Positions 49,322-61,185 of a DNA stretch of 64,000 nucleotides are shown in pieces. The stretch is taken from assembly GCA_963704905.1 (NCBI GenBank), contig CAVPHZ010000001.1, forward strand, positions 643,438 through 707,437, given 5' to 3'. Below the pieces are notes generated by a model. The model was not told the DNA's origin and searched no databases. It saw only the letters and a program-made list of their open reading frames with translations. Positions within the stretch are counted from its first letter, which is position 1; every line of letters starts with the position of its first letter. Made by a program: the position numbers and the translations under genes. Origin of the DNA: Candidatus Chisholmbacteria bacterium. GTDB lineage: Bacteria > Patescibacteriota > Microgenomatia > UBA1400 > Chisholmbacteraceae.

Positions 49322-52300
49322 TTACTGCGAAGCACCTCCTTGGAGTGCGGTTAACAGCGCGATGTTCTGCGCCATTGAGCCGATGTAGTCAGCAGCGCTG
49401 GCTACGATTCCAAGGTTGACTGCGAGGTCTGCGCGGGCGCTGAACGAAGCGTCCATGTCCGCTTGGACCAAACAGTCGACAACGGATACTCCCGAATAAT
49501 CTGCGCAGGCGGCTGCCTGTGCATCCGAGAGTGTTGAACTGTTCGAGCTTGCATCGATCGGTTGTCCCGTCAATGGGGCAGCCAACTCTTGCGAAGTAGG
49601 GGTAAGGCGGTCTGGAGACCACCAGCCGGGTTTGACACCGACCAGCGAATCCTGATTCAGACCTTCGAGTACTCGCAGCTCGGTGGGCAGACCTTCGTTG
49701 TCAAGCTCAGCAACATTGAGGTTGCCTTCGATGAGCATTACAACGTATCCACCACCGGGGCGAAACGCCAGTGATTCGGCGTCTGTGCTGAAGATTTTGT
49801 CATCGCCACTCTGCAAGTAGGGCTTTGAAACGAACTGCCCTGCCTGTTGCATCACCCAAGCTTCCTGGTCGGGATACCAGGTGATGCTGGTGGTTGCGCC
49901 TTCGACACCGAGGGCATCGGCTTCGAGAGCTGTCGCTCCGACCTCCGCTTTCTGAATAGAGGCGGTGTTCACGATGGTTTCGCAAACCATAACCAATCCG
50001 TCTGGGCTGACGACTGGTTTCTGGCAGTCCGAAGCCATGAGCTCCCGCTCTGACCCGTCGAGCTTGATGCGTTCGACTGTGTACTTTCCATCCCTCTCAG
50101 CAGTGAAGTAGACATGATTGTCGGTGCTAGTGAAGGGATGCAGTTCATTGACATCAGCGGTGTCGGTCAGCTGGTGAGGAGTTCCGCCGAACACGGGCAT
50201 AGAGTAGAGGTCACTTTGATCCTCTGTTTCGACAGAGAAGTCCCACTGGCAACCGTCCTTGGTGATCGAAATCACCGGGTCGGTGCTTTTACCATCCAAA
50301 TCGATTTTCACATCGACCTGGGGTTCGTGGGTGAACGTTCCGTCGGCAATCTCGTCCAGGATGTACGAGATCGTCATGCCCTGCTTCCAAAAGATGTGCT
50401 CTTCAGGAAGACACTGAGCTACCTGCGCGATGACTTCGGGCGGAGCTTGCGTTGTCGTCGGCGGTTCCTCAAAGGTGACGCTGTCGTTACAGGTAACTGA
50501 GCCACCTGGGCCGGTGACCGTAAAGGTCAGGTCGTAGGTTCCAGCGGAGGTGTACTGATGCTCGCGCATCTCCGTACCGCTCATACCCTCGAAACCAACC
50601 TCGGTTTCATCGCCCCATTCGAGGATTTGCCATCCCTCGCCATTTTCCCAGCTTGCGTTAGCGTTGATGCGCCGTTCCTCTTGCGAGGTGATTTCGGTGC
50701 TCAGACTGCAGGTGGGTGCCGGCGGAGGTGGCGGAGGCTCAAAGGTGACGCTGTCGTTACAGGTAACTGAGCCACCTGGGCCGGTGACCGTAAAGGTCAG
50801 GTCGTAGGTTCCAGCGGAGGTGTACTGATGCTCGCGCATCTCCGTACCGCTCATACCCTCGAAACCAACCTCGGTTTCATCGCCCCATTCGAGGATTTGC
50901 CATCCCTCGCCATTTTCCCAGCTTGCGTTAGCGTTGATGCGCCGTTCCTCTTGCGAGGTGATTTCGGTGCTCAGACTGCAGGTGGGTGCCGGTGGAGGTG
51001 GCGGAGGCTCAAAGGTGACCTTAGCCTTGCATGTTACCTTTCCACCAGGGCCATGAACAACCAAGCGCAGACGGTAGGTTCCAGCCTCTGGATACACATG
51101 GGTTTCCTCAAAGGTCCCATCAGTACCAGCGAAAGAAACTTGTTCGCCATTGTGGCCCCAGTACAGGGTGGTTCCATCCTCATAAGCGTTGCCATAGCTG
51201 CCACTGGCTACTGCCTCGTACAGGTTGTCAGTAGTGCTGACTTCCAAACTGCAGGTGGGTGCCGGCGGAGGTGGCGGAGGCTCAAAGGTGACCTTAGCCT
51301 TGCATGTTACCTTTCCACCAGGGCCATGAACAACCAAGCGCAGACGGTAGGTTCCAGCCTCTGGATACACATGGGTTTCCTCAAAGGTCCCATCAGTACC
51401 AGCGAAAGAAACTTGTTCGCCATTGTGGCCCCAGTACAGGGTGGTTCCATCCTCATAAGCGTTGCCATAGCTGCCACTGGCTACTGCCTCGTACAGGTTG
51501 TCAGTAGTGCTGACTTCCAAACTGCAGGTGGGTGCCGGCGGAGGTGGCGGAGGCTCAAAGGTAACTTCATCCGAGCAGCTTGTGGTGCCACCGGGTCCGG
51601 TAACCGTGAACTCTTGGACATACGTTCCGTAGTCCGAGAACTGATGCTCACGGGTCTCGTTGCCGGAAGCTCCTTGAAAGCCAACATCGGTTCCATCACC
51701 CCAGGTGAGGATGTGCCAGTCTTCATTACCGCCGTCCCAGCTCACGTTGGTGCTGATCTGCTTCTCGTCTTCGTTGACGACGGTGGTGTTCACCGAGCAG
51801 GTGGGTGCCGGCGGAGGTGGCGGGGGTTCCTCAAAGGTAACTTCATCCGAGCAGCTTGTGGTGCCACCGGGTCCGGTAACCGTGAACTCTTGGACATACG
51901 TTCCGTAGTCCGAGAACTGATGCTCACGGGTCTCGTTGCCGGAAGCTCCTTGAAAGCCAACATCGGTTCCATCACCCCAGGTGAGGATGTGCCAGTCTTC
52001 ATTACCGCCGTCCCAGCTCACGTTGGTGCTGATCTGCTTCTCGTCTTCGTTGACGACGGTGGTGTTCACCGAGCAGGTGGGTGCCGGCGGAGGTGGCGGG
52101 GGGCAATCCGGTTTGTAGATCGTTCCGGATGCGCTCCATGTATCGATCACGTTACCTTCACCATCATACCAGGTGACAGTTACGGACCAGTCCGCCGACT
52201 GTTGTCCATCAGCCCAGGTTCCGACGAGGTTCGAGCTTTCCGTTATTACACCTTCTTGGCCATTCCAGACGGTATTCACCTTGACTTCCCAGCCTTCGCA

Positions 52301-53041
52301 GGTGGGACATTCGGTGACGTCGCCGTGCCAGTCAGGAGTAACTGGAACGCAGCTTCTATTGTCCACCGTTGCGGTGGGGTTAAAGTTCACTGCGGTCTCG
52401 TCCATGCAGCCGGGGATTTCCACAGGCTCTACGGGCGGATACTCACAGCTCCCATTGTCCACCGTTGCGGTGGGGTTAAAGTTCACTGCGGTCTCGTCCA
52501 TGCAGCCGGGGATTTCCACAGGCTCTACGGGCGGATACTCACAGCTCCCATTGTCCACCGTTGCGGTGGGGTTAAAGTTCACTGCGGTCTCGTCCATGCA
52601 GCCGGGGATTTCCACAGGCTCTACGGGCGGATACTCACAGCTCCCATTGTCCACCGTTGCGGTGGGGTTAAAGTTCACTGCGGTCTCGTCCATGCAGCCG
52701 GGGATTTCCTTCGGAGGTTCCGGTGTTGGATCCTCTTTTGGGGGTTCCACAATCTCAGTGACTACTGGACCAACCTCTTCAGTAACAACAGGATCTCCAC
52801 TCCCATCATTAACTGGAGGCATTTCTGATGGATTGATAGGATCGGGCTCGCTGCCGCGATCCTTGTCCTCTGTGAGGACGGGCTGATCTACAACCACTCC
52901 CTCCGCGGGTGCGGGGGGATTGTTGTCCTGGGCAAAAGCCATGGGCACGAACGCGAAGTTCGATGCGATCATAGCAATCGCCAGGATTAACCCGATTATA
53001 TTCGGGGTTTTGCGGGATAACCGCAAGAGCTTGCTTTTCAT
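49322..53041 (-). CDS. 1239-aa modular surface protein: signal peptide, 4x 32-aa GCMD..A.NFNP.A..D.GSC repeats, 6 PKD-like domains, TolB-like propeller, C-terminal DUF3597-like helical domain
   Basis: AAGGAG SD; repeats read directly; P.VSPDG and PGWWSPD propeller-like motifs; YSGVSVVD.L...SF.AR..LA...GI...Y.G..AQN..LL. Confidence 0.85.
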   Translation of the reverse strand: MKSKLLRLSRKTPNIIGLILAIAMIASNFAFVPMAFAQDNNPPAPAEGVVVDQPVLTEDKDRGSEPDPINPSEMPPVNDGSGDPVVTEEVGPVVTEIVEPPKEDPTPEPPKEIPGCMDETAVNFNPTATVDNGSCEYPPVEPVEIPGCMDETAVNFNPTATVDNGSCEYPPVEPVEIPGCMDETAVNFNPTATVDNGSCEYPPVEPVEIPGCMDETAVNFNPTATVDNRSCVPVTPDWHGDVTECPTCEGWEVKVNTVWNGQEGVITESSNLVGTWADGQQSADWSVTVTWYDGEGNVIDTWSASGTIYKPDCPPPPPPAPTCSVNTTVVNEDEKQISTNVSWDGGNEDWHILTWGDGTDVGFQGASGNETREHQFSDYGTYVQEFTVTGPGGTTSCSDEVTFEEPPPPPPAPTCSVNTTVVNEDEKQISTNVSWDGGNEDWHILTWGDGTDVGFQGASGNETREHQFSDYGTYVQEFTVTGPGGTTSCSDEVTFEPPPPPPAPTCSLEVSTTDNLYEAVASGSYGNAYEDGTTLYWGHNGEQVSFAGTDGTFEETHVYPEAGTYRLRLVVHGPGGKVTCKAKVTFEPPPPPPAPTCSLEVSTTDNLYEAVASGSYGNAYEDGTTLYWGHNGEQVSFAGTDGTFEETHVYPEAGTYRLRLVVHGPGGKVTCKAKVTFEPPPPPPAPTCSLSTEITSQEERRINANASWENGEGWQILEWGDETEVGFEGMSGTEMREHQYTSAGTYDLTFTVTGPGGSVTCNDSVTFEPPPPPPAPTCSLSTEITSQEERRINANASWENGEGWQILEWGDETEVGFEGMSGTEMREHQYTSAGTYDLTFTVTGPGGSVTCNDSVTFEEPPTTTQAPPEVIAQVAQCLPEEHIFWKQGMTISYILDEIADGTFTHEPQVDVKIDLDGKSTDPVISITKDGCQWDFSVETEDQSDLYSMPVFGGTPHQLTDTADVNELHPFTSTDNHVYFTAERDGKYTVERIKLDGSERELMASDCQKPVVSPDGLVMVCETIVNTASIQKAEVGATALEADALGVEGATTSITWYPDQEAWVMQQAGQFVSKPYLQSGDDKIFSTDAESLAFRPGGGYVVMLIEGNLNVAELDNEGLPTELRVLEGLNQDSLVGVKPGWWSPDRLTPTSQELAAPLTGQPIDASSNSSTLSDAQAAACADYSGVSVVDCLVQADMDASFSARADLAVNLGIVASAADYIGSMAQNIALLTALQGGASQ
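50468..52102. repeat. three pairs of near-identical 270-276 bp tandem units joined by a shared proline-linker sequence
   Basis: Units begin at 50468/50738, 51008/51281, 51554/51830; linker GCAGGTGGGTGCCGG(C/T)GGAGGTGGCGG at 50708, 50978, 51251, 51524, 51797, 52073. Confidence 0.93.
52349..52709. repeat. 96-bp tandem repeat, about 3.75 copies
   Basis: GTCCACCGTTGCGGTGGGG at 52361, 52457, 52553, 52649. Confidence 0.95.
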
Positions 53042-54304
53042 CGAAAATTCTCCTTAAAGTGAGTTACGAAGTGAGCTTCCATATCCATTGGGGAGAGCAA
53101 CCATACGAGGGTTGGATCTCCAGGATACTTCTGCTCCTTCTGAGGTTTTACCTGACTGTGCAGGGATAGAGATTTAACACCCTCTATCAGGGTAAAATTT
53201 TTGTTAATTCCCAAAGCAGTGATGTTGGTGTGATGAAGGGGAGCGTGGAGGCAAGGAACTACCCGCCACGTCTCCGCGCAGGTGCTTTAGAGGTTTTTTA
53301 GTCCTTTACCTCCACAATCCCCCTCACCAGCTGTTTCACTGATCGGGATTTCACTTTGGAGAAATCGATGAATCCACCATTTTTTCAGATGTTTTTCATC
53401 TTGTCATTCAGTTGTTAATGAGCAATCATCTCGGTCTCTAGACGTAATCTAGAGGAGATGACTTTGTCCCCATATCTTTCGGGACGGTTCTCCCGGCAAA
53501 TGTCGGGGGGTGTCCCAGATTGACCTAGGGAGGATTACCCACCTTGCGATGTCCAACTCTCCATAGGCCAAAAAAAGAGAAAACCACCCAGGGAGTCTAG
53601 TCTGACAAAAAAATACGAACACCGATGTATTAACATCATTTGGTATTGTATTGATTGTCAGGGACTTACCCTGGGTGGTGGATGGCGGTTTACTCTTCTC
53701 AAGCGGCATGAATGAAAAAAATTAAATAATTGCTTATTTGGTTTTTTTGCTTGAGATTTGTTTTTGCGTTGATCTGGTATTGAGTACGTTCCATGTAATA
53801 ATGGATACACAGATCGGGCGCAAAGATTGCGCTGATGCCAATGGGACTTTGAAAAAGTACCGTGCACCAGGGGGAGTTACCCCAACCGAGTCAGTTTTCC
53901 GAAGAAAATTGATTTGGGTCCGCTTGGGTTTCACATTGGCTCTCTACCTGTTTTTTTGGACAGTGTCCCAGATAAATTTGTGATTCCCATGACGTGGCGG
54001 TGTGGTACTTGATGAAAGTTGCCCGAAGGCAGATCTTTTTTCAATACCGAGGCCAACTATAGCCATCCTTTTTTAAAGAGCGACACACGCCTTCTGCAGG
54101 GGAGATGTTGCACCGAAGTGCGAGTCTCGAGCAGGTCCTGCAAATAGCAGGGGCGCGGTCTCTGTTCTCTGGACTGGTCCAGAGAGAACTGGAGAGAAAT
54201 AGGGATTCTCATCAGATCTCTTTGGAACAAAAGATTGCCTTGGAGGGTTTGGTTGTACCTGCTGGTTTTTCTTCGTTTGTCTTGAAAAATCAGGGTCAAA
54301 CCAT

Positions 54305-54331
54305 AAAAAAGCCGTGAACCAAGGTCACGGC
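54305..54331 (-). terminator. intrinsic terminator inside the long leader
   Basis: Minus strand GCCGTGA-N7-TCACGGC-T6. Confidence 0.75.
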
Positions 54332-54966
54332 ATAGTACACCAGATACAGTACTCTGGTAGGTACGTTTTTTGCCAGGATGAACCTGGCGTGATTCCTCGA
54401 GATAATTTGTTGCATTATCCCAGGATGTGACCTCTAAAGCATTTACCTCTAAAGCTTTTTAAAGAGCAGATGTGTCTTCTAGACTTTACCCTGGTAAGAC
54501 GCCGGAAAGGACTACCCTATGTATATTTTCACATAAGATATTTCACAGCCTCCCACCAGAGTGAAATCCAGAAGTGAGCGGCGAAAATCTGACGATTTTC
54601 ACAACCTATAATGATGTCAATGTGTCTCCTCGAGATTACTCGAGGGGAATACTGTCATTGCCTGGAATCCAGCTTATGAGTTACTTCTTTACTCACATAA
54701 AGAAGTAACCAAGAAAGTGTGCCCCAAGCTGTGTCGATGTCTTCACCTACGATTTTCGCTCGGGAAGTCCTTCCGAAATTCCCTTTGGTCAGTTTCGGTT
54801 TTCCTTTAGCGAACATCGGGTTCAGTAGAATCGACTCCGCTAAGGGTTTCTGCTCAGATTTTTTTATGTCAATTTGGCCAACCAAAAGCCACGATGTACG
54901 TGGCAGTTGGGAGTAAAAAAAATTAGCTTATTGGGCTAATTTTCTCTGTCCGAATTCTTGGGGCGC

Positions 54967-54995
54967 AGTATACTATAGTATTAGCAATTTGTCAA
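54967..54995 (-). promoter_or_regulatory. near-consensus sigma70 promoter 1.9 kb upstream of the 1239-aa gene
   Basis: TTGACA-N17-TATACT. Confidence 0.78.
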
Positions 54996-55162
54996 GGTAA
55001 CTGCTAGTAGCATAAACATACCGATATACTAGGCTAAGAGATACATATGTTTCAATTGGTATCTACACCTTTACGGTGTAGTCAGTTTGGGAAATATTAG
55101 TGCCGATGAGAATATTGATTGGCTATGGTAGGATAAGGAGAAATTAATAGAAATAAGGAATT

Positions 55163-55432
55163 ATGACTGAAGCTGAGGGAAGCGAGAGCAATCTATCCGC
55201 CGAAGGAAGACGAGAACTAGAAGGACAGATCGGAGATCTGGTCACTGGTCCGATGACAAGCGGGACAGAAGCCGAGCAACAAGAAGCACGGGGCTTAGCT
55301 GCTAGTATGAGTCGCCTTCTTGGAAGAGAGCCAGTGTTTAAGAGTGTACGAAGAGATGAGAAGACTGGCAGATTAATTGAGGAGAGCGGTACGATTACGA
55401 ATGAAGGAGAACGTAAGAAAAAGAAGAAATAA
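55163..55432 (+). CDS. small hypothetical protein immediately upstream of tRNA-Ile
   Basis: TAAGGA SD; 89 aa. Confidence 0.6.
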   Translation: MTEAEGSESNLSAEGRRELEGQIGDLVTGPMTSGTEAEQQEARGLAASMSRLLGREPVFKSVRRDEKTGRLIEESGTITNEGERKKKKK

Positions 55433-55439
55433 GATTTTA

Positions 55440-55513
55440 GGGCGAATAGCTCAGTTGGTTAGAGCGCAGTCCTGATAAGACTGAGGTCCATGGTTCGAAT
55501 CCATGTTCGCCCA
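55440..55513 (+). tRNA. tRNA-Ile(GAT), CCA not encoded
   Basis: GGGCGAA/TTCGCCC acceptor stem, CAGTC-CTGATAA-GACTG anticodon arm, GGTTCGAATCC T arm. Confidence 0.96.
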
Positions 55514-55616
55514 CCTCGCTGCACTCAGTGCAGGCACTTCTTATTGCGTTCAGTAGAAGTACCTCTTGTATACCTTCTCAACTGTCCCGTTTTTGTGAAT
55601 GTTGTTTGATCTCAGC

Positions 55617-55645
55617 TTGACATGATTGTGAGACAATCGTACGCT
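55617..55645 (+). promoter_or_regulatory. promoter with a palindromic operator in the spacer
   Basis: TTGACA-N17-TACGCT; GATTGT-GAG-ACAATC at 55624-55638. Confidence 0.55.
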
Positions 55646-55662
55646 ATTGATAGAGGGTTTTT

Positions 55663-56076
55663 ATGTCCAATGGTGAGACTTCCAAAGATGAGTATATGCA
55701 GCTGTTCAATGAAATTATTCAGCAGCAATGCATTATTCTCGGTCCGGATATCTCAATCATTATCGCAAAGAAGGTCGACGGGCTGATTTTTTCTGAAGAT
55801 GGAAAAGTAACTGATTTTCAAGGAGATGGTCAGCCATTGTTGCAAAAACTTATCAATGGATTCGTAAATCTCTCTGGAATGATTGTGAGGAAAACTATCG
55901 AGCCGCTACTGGCTAAACATCCTGCTGCAGCTGCAAAAGTGACCGGGCAACCTGCTGGAAGCATACAGACTCCACAGACTCCGTTACCAAACCCACTGCC
56001 AGTTTCAGTTCAACCTCAACCTCAGCCTCAGCAACCTCTACCAAATGAACAGTCAGTCCCGAAGGAGGGATCATGA
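55663..56076 (+). CDS. hypothetical protein with Pro/Gln-rich tail
   Basis: 137-aa ORF; ATGA overlap with next gene. Confidence 0.7.
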   Translation: MSNGETSKDEYMQLFNEIIQQQCIILGPDISIIIAKKVDGLIFSEDGKVTDFQGDGQPLLQKLINGFVNLSGMIVRKTIEPLLAKHPAAAAKVTGQPAGSIQTPQTPLPNPLPVSVQPQPQPQQPLPNEQSVPKEGS

Positions 56077-56645
56077 GAAGTGTAAAAGGATTTACACTTG
56101 CCGGTCTTCTAGTTTTGGTTTTTCCAGCATCGGTATTTGCGGTGGGGTTGGATTCGTCATCATTTCTTTATAGCTCAGATATTCTTGCTCCGCTTGACAT
56201 TAATATAGTCCAGGACATTGGATTAATTCTGCCCGTTGTTGTTGCTTGGTTTGCCATCCGTGTGGCTCGGCTCATGCAGGGTGGGAAGTTTGAGCGTATT
56301 TGGAAGCTGATTGCAGCAGGGATGGGTGTCCTGGCCATCATTAAAGTCGTTGATGGTTTGGAAAATTTGGGAGTACTGTATGTTGTGGGATTGCGGAATC
56401 TCTTGGAATTTGTGATGATCGTTGTCTTTTTTACGGCATTTTTGTACGGATACCGTTCGCTCATGCTGGCCATTCGGGGTCCAAGTATAGAAAAACCTGT
56501 CATTACCGTGCCCAAAGAGGAATTGGGACAAAGTGGTGCTGAGGAGAAACCAGCTAAGGAGGGTGAACCACAGGAGACTCTGCCTGCAGAATCCGAGAAG
56601 AAGACTCCGACAAAAGATCAGAAGAATAAAGATAAAACGAAATAA
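56073..56645 (+). CDS. membrane protein (signal peptide plus 3 TM, charged tail)
   Basis: GGAGG SD; hydrophobic segments. Confidence 0.7.
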   Translation: MRSVKGFTLAGLLVLVFPASVFAVGLDSSSFLYSSDILAPLDINIVQDIGLILPVVVAWFAIRVARLMQGGKFERIWKLIAAGMGVLAIIKVVDGLENLGVLYVVGLRNLLEFVMIVVFFTAFLYGYRSLMLAIRGPSIEKPVITVPKEELGQSGAEEKPAKEGEPQETLPAESEKKTPTKDQKNKDKTK

Positions 56646-56742
56646 ACCTCTTATTTAAAGACTCCTCTTTGCGCGTTTGTATGCGCTGACACCTTTATTG
56701 CTGTAATCCGTTTGATTTTTGAATGTGATCGGATTGATATTG

Positions 56743-56771
56743 TTGACTTCTTTAGGGGTGTCTGTTAGGAT
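56743..56771 (+). promoter_or_regulatory. promoter of the tRNA-Ala/23S unit, homologous to the 16S promoter
   Basis: TTGACT-N17-TAGGAT with TGn; spacer shares AGGGGT(A/G)TCTG with 40891-40918. Confidence 0.72.
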
Positions 56772-56801
56772 ACAGATTGCCAATTTTTTAGGCGAACTTT
56801 A

Positions 56802-56936
56802 GGAGGCTTTTTCTACAACTCATGAGAATATTTGGTTTACATCGATTGCTTCAGTGCCGTCTTCGAAGGTGGCAAACGTAGTCGCGACTCCTGATCCTCA
56901 TGTGTTGAGAAGAATCTCCGTAAGCGGAGATTTTTT
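56802..56936 (+). ncRNA. candidate structured RNA (6S-like rod, or attenuator) followed by a terminator
   Basis: Long imperfect hairpin with central bubble; terminator AATCTCCG-TAAG-CGGAGATT-T4. Confidence 0.4.
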
Positions 56937-57046
56937 ATTGACATACCCGTCGGGTTGGACAGGGGCCTGTAGCTCCCTGTAAAAATTTATACGTTTCCAA
57001 ATTTTTACAGGGCGAGACGCTATCAGAAATTGCTGGCCTTTAAAAA

Positions 57047-57120
57047 GGGCCTGTAGCTCAGTTGGCTAGAGCGCTACATTTGCAATGTAGAGGTCACCGG
57101 TTCGAGTCCGGTCAGGTCCA
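57047..57120 (+). tRNA. tRNA-Ala(TGC), CCA not encoded
   Basis: GGGCCTG/CAGGTCC acceptor with G3:U70; CTACA-TTTGCAA-TGTAG. Confidence 0.96.
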
Positions 57121-57298
57121 CCTCGATTTGCTAAGCAAATCTCGGTGCGGGCACCTAAAAATAAGAAGCGTGTAAAGCATTTTTCGATGCGGGCACCTTT
57201 TAAAATAAGAACGAATCAAAGGTTGATGAGAGTTTATCTTTCATAAATATAAACTTTCGTGAGTCTTTGATCAGAGATGATCATATGAGCTCAGGCTA

Positions 57299-57316
57299 GC
57301 TCTTTGACAAGTGAAT
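57299..57316 (+). promoter_or_regulatory. boxA of the 23S leader
   Basis: GCTCTTTGACAAGTGAAT. Confidence 0.75.
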
Positions 57317-57383
57317 AGAATGTTTTGTCAAGTCATATTCCCATATGACTTGGTAGGACCGATCTTTGTAGCCAAACAATACA

Positions 57384-60363
<2,980 letters not shown>

Positions 60364-60493
60364 TATTTGGTTACATTGATCGGTGCATTCTATTCATTTT
60401 TCAGAGAGCAAGCGAAAGCCACGCCACTATATTTGATGTGGTGAGGTAAACTTGGACAATTTACTCAAGTTTTAGAATCATATATAATACTAT

Positions 60494-60611
60494 TGCTGGT
60501 CTTTTGAGCGGGGTGGCCCTACCTCTTCCCATACCGAACAGAGTCGTCAAACACCCCAGCGCTGACGATAGTGCTACCGCAAGGTTGCGCGAAAATAGGT
60601 CAAGGCCAGCA
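60494..60611 (+). rRNA. rrf: 5S rRNA
   Basis: TGCTGGTCTT/AAGGCCAGCA terminal helix; CCCATACCGAAC. Confidence 0.93.
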
Positions 60612-60643
60612 TTTTTGTGGAGTTTTTGGAAATAAAAGTACAG

Positions 60644-60994
60644 CTAGATGCTTTTGCCAGTTAAGTATCTGAATGCACGAAGGATTGGTTTAATATGTTC
60701 ATCCGCCTTTGATGCTATTGCTTGCTTTACCGAAATTTCTACGGCTTCCTGTAATCTTTCCGTTACTTGCGCTATCCCCTTTAAGCCTTGAGTATACAAT
60801 TGGCCAGGATTGAGTTGTAAACAGGCTGCGATGACTTCGGGGATAAGATCTTGTTTTTCAGCCGCATTGAGAAGAATATCGGCTGTAGCGACGACAGCAG
60901 CTTCTGGGATACCTATATCTTGATCCTCTGCTATTTTCATCAACCCTTGTTTATACCAATATGTGGCTTGTGGTAGCTGTTTTTCTATTTGCAT
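60644..60994 (-). CDS. hypothetical protein
   Basis: 116-aa ORF. Confidence 0.55.
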   Translation of the reverse strand: MQIEKQLPQATYWYKQGLMKIAEDQDIGIPEAAVVATADILLNAAEKQDLIPEVIAACLQLNPGQLYTQGLKGIAQVTERLQEAVEISVKQAIASKADEHIKPILRAFRYLTGKSI

Positions 60995-61185
60995 ATTATT
61001 TTTCTGAGAGAAATTGTATTGGAATTATACCCTATAGTAGAAATTTTTCATCCTGGTAATAAATTAGTCAAGGCCTGCTTTTTTGTGGGTAATATTCCTT
61101 CCGCATTCTTTCTTAGATCAATGTCATTTCAAAGACACAAGCTTTTTCATTGCAAATGGTTAGTTGTATGTTTATAGTAGTAACT

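Noticed and set aside
50468-52102. DGR template/variable repeat pair
   Set aside because: Copies are in-frame tandem and essentially identical, with no adenine-specific differences; no RT
50828-52828. 666-aa + strand ORF (and 52173-52886)
   Set aside because: Antisense shadow of the GC-rich repetitive 1239-aa gene; no SD or recognisable domain
53449-54916. Short ORFs in the long leader
   Set aside because: No clear SDs or protein-like features, and they overlap strong hairpins on both strands; leader peptides cannot be fully excluded
56786-56796. TTTTAGGCGAA resembling the tRNA-Ile 5' junction
   Set aside because: Too short and gapped to distinguish from chance
56802-56936. SRP RNA, tmRNA or RNase P
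   Set aside because: Lacks the SRP domain IV GNRA/AGCAG signature, tRNA-like ends and RNase P conserved motifs
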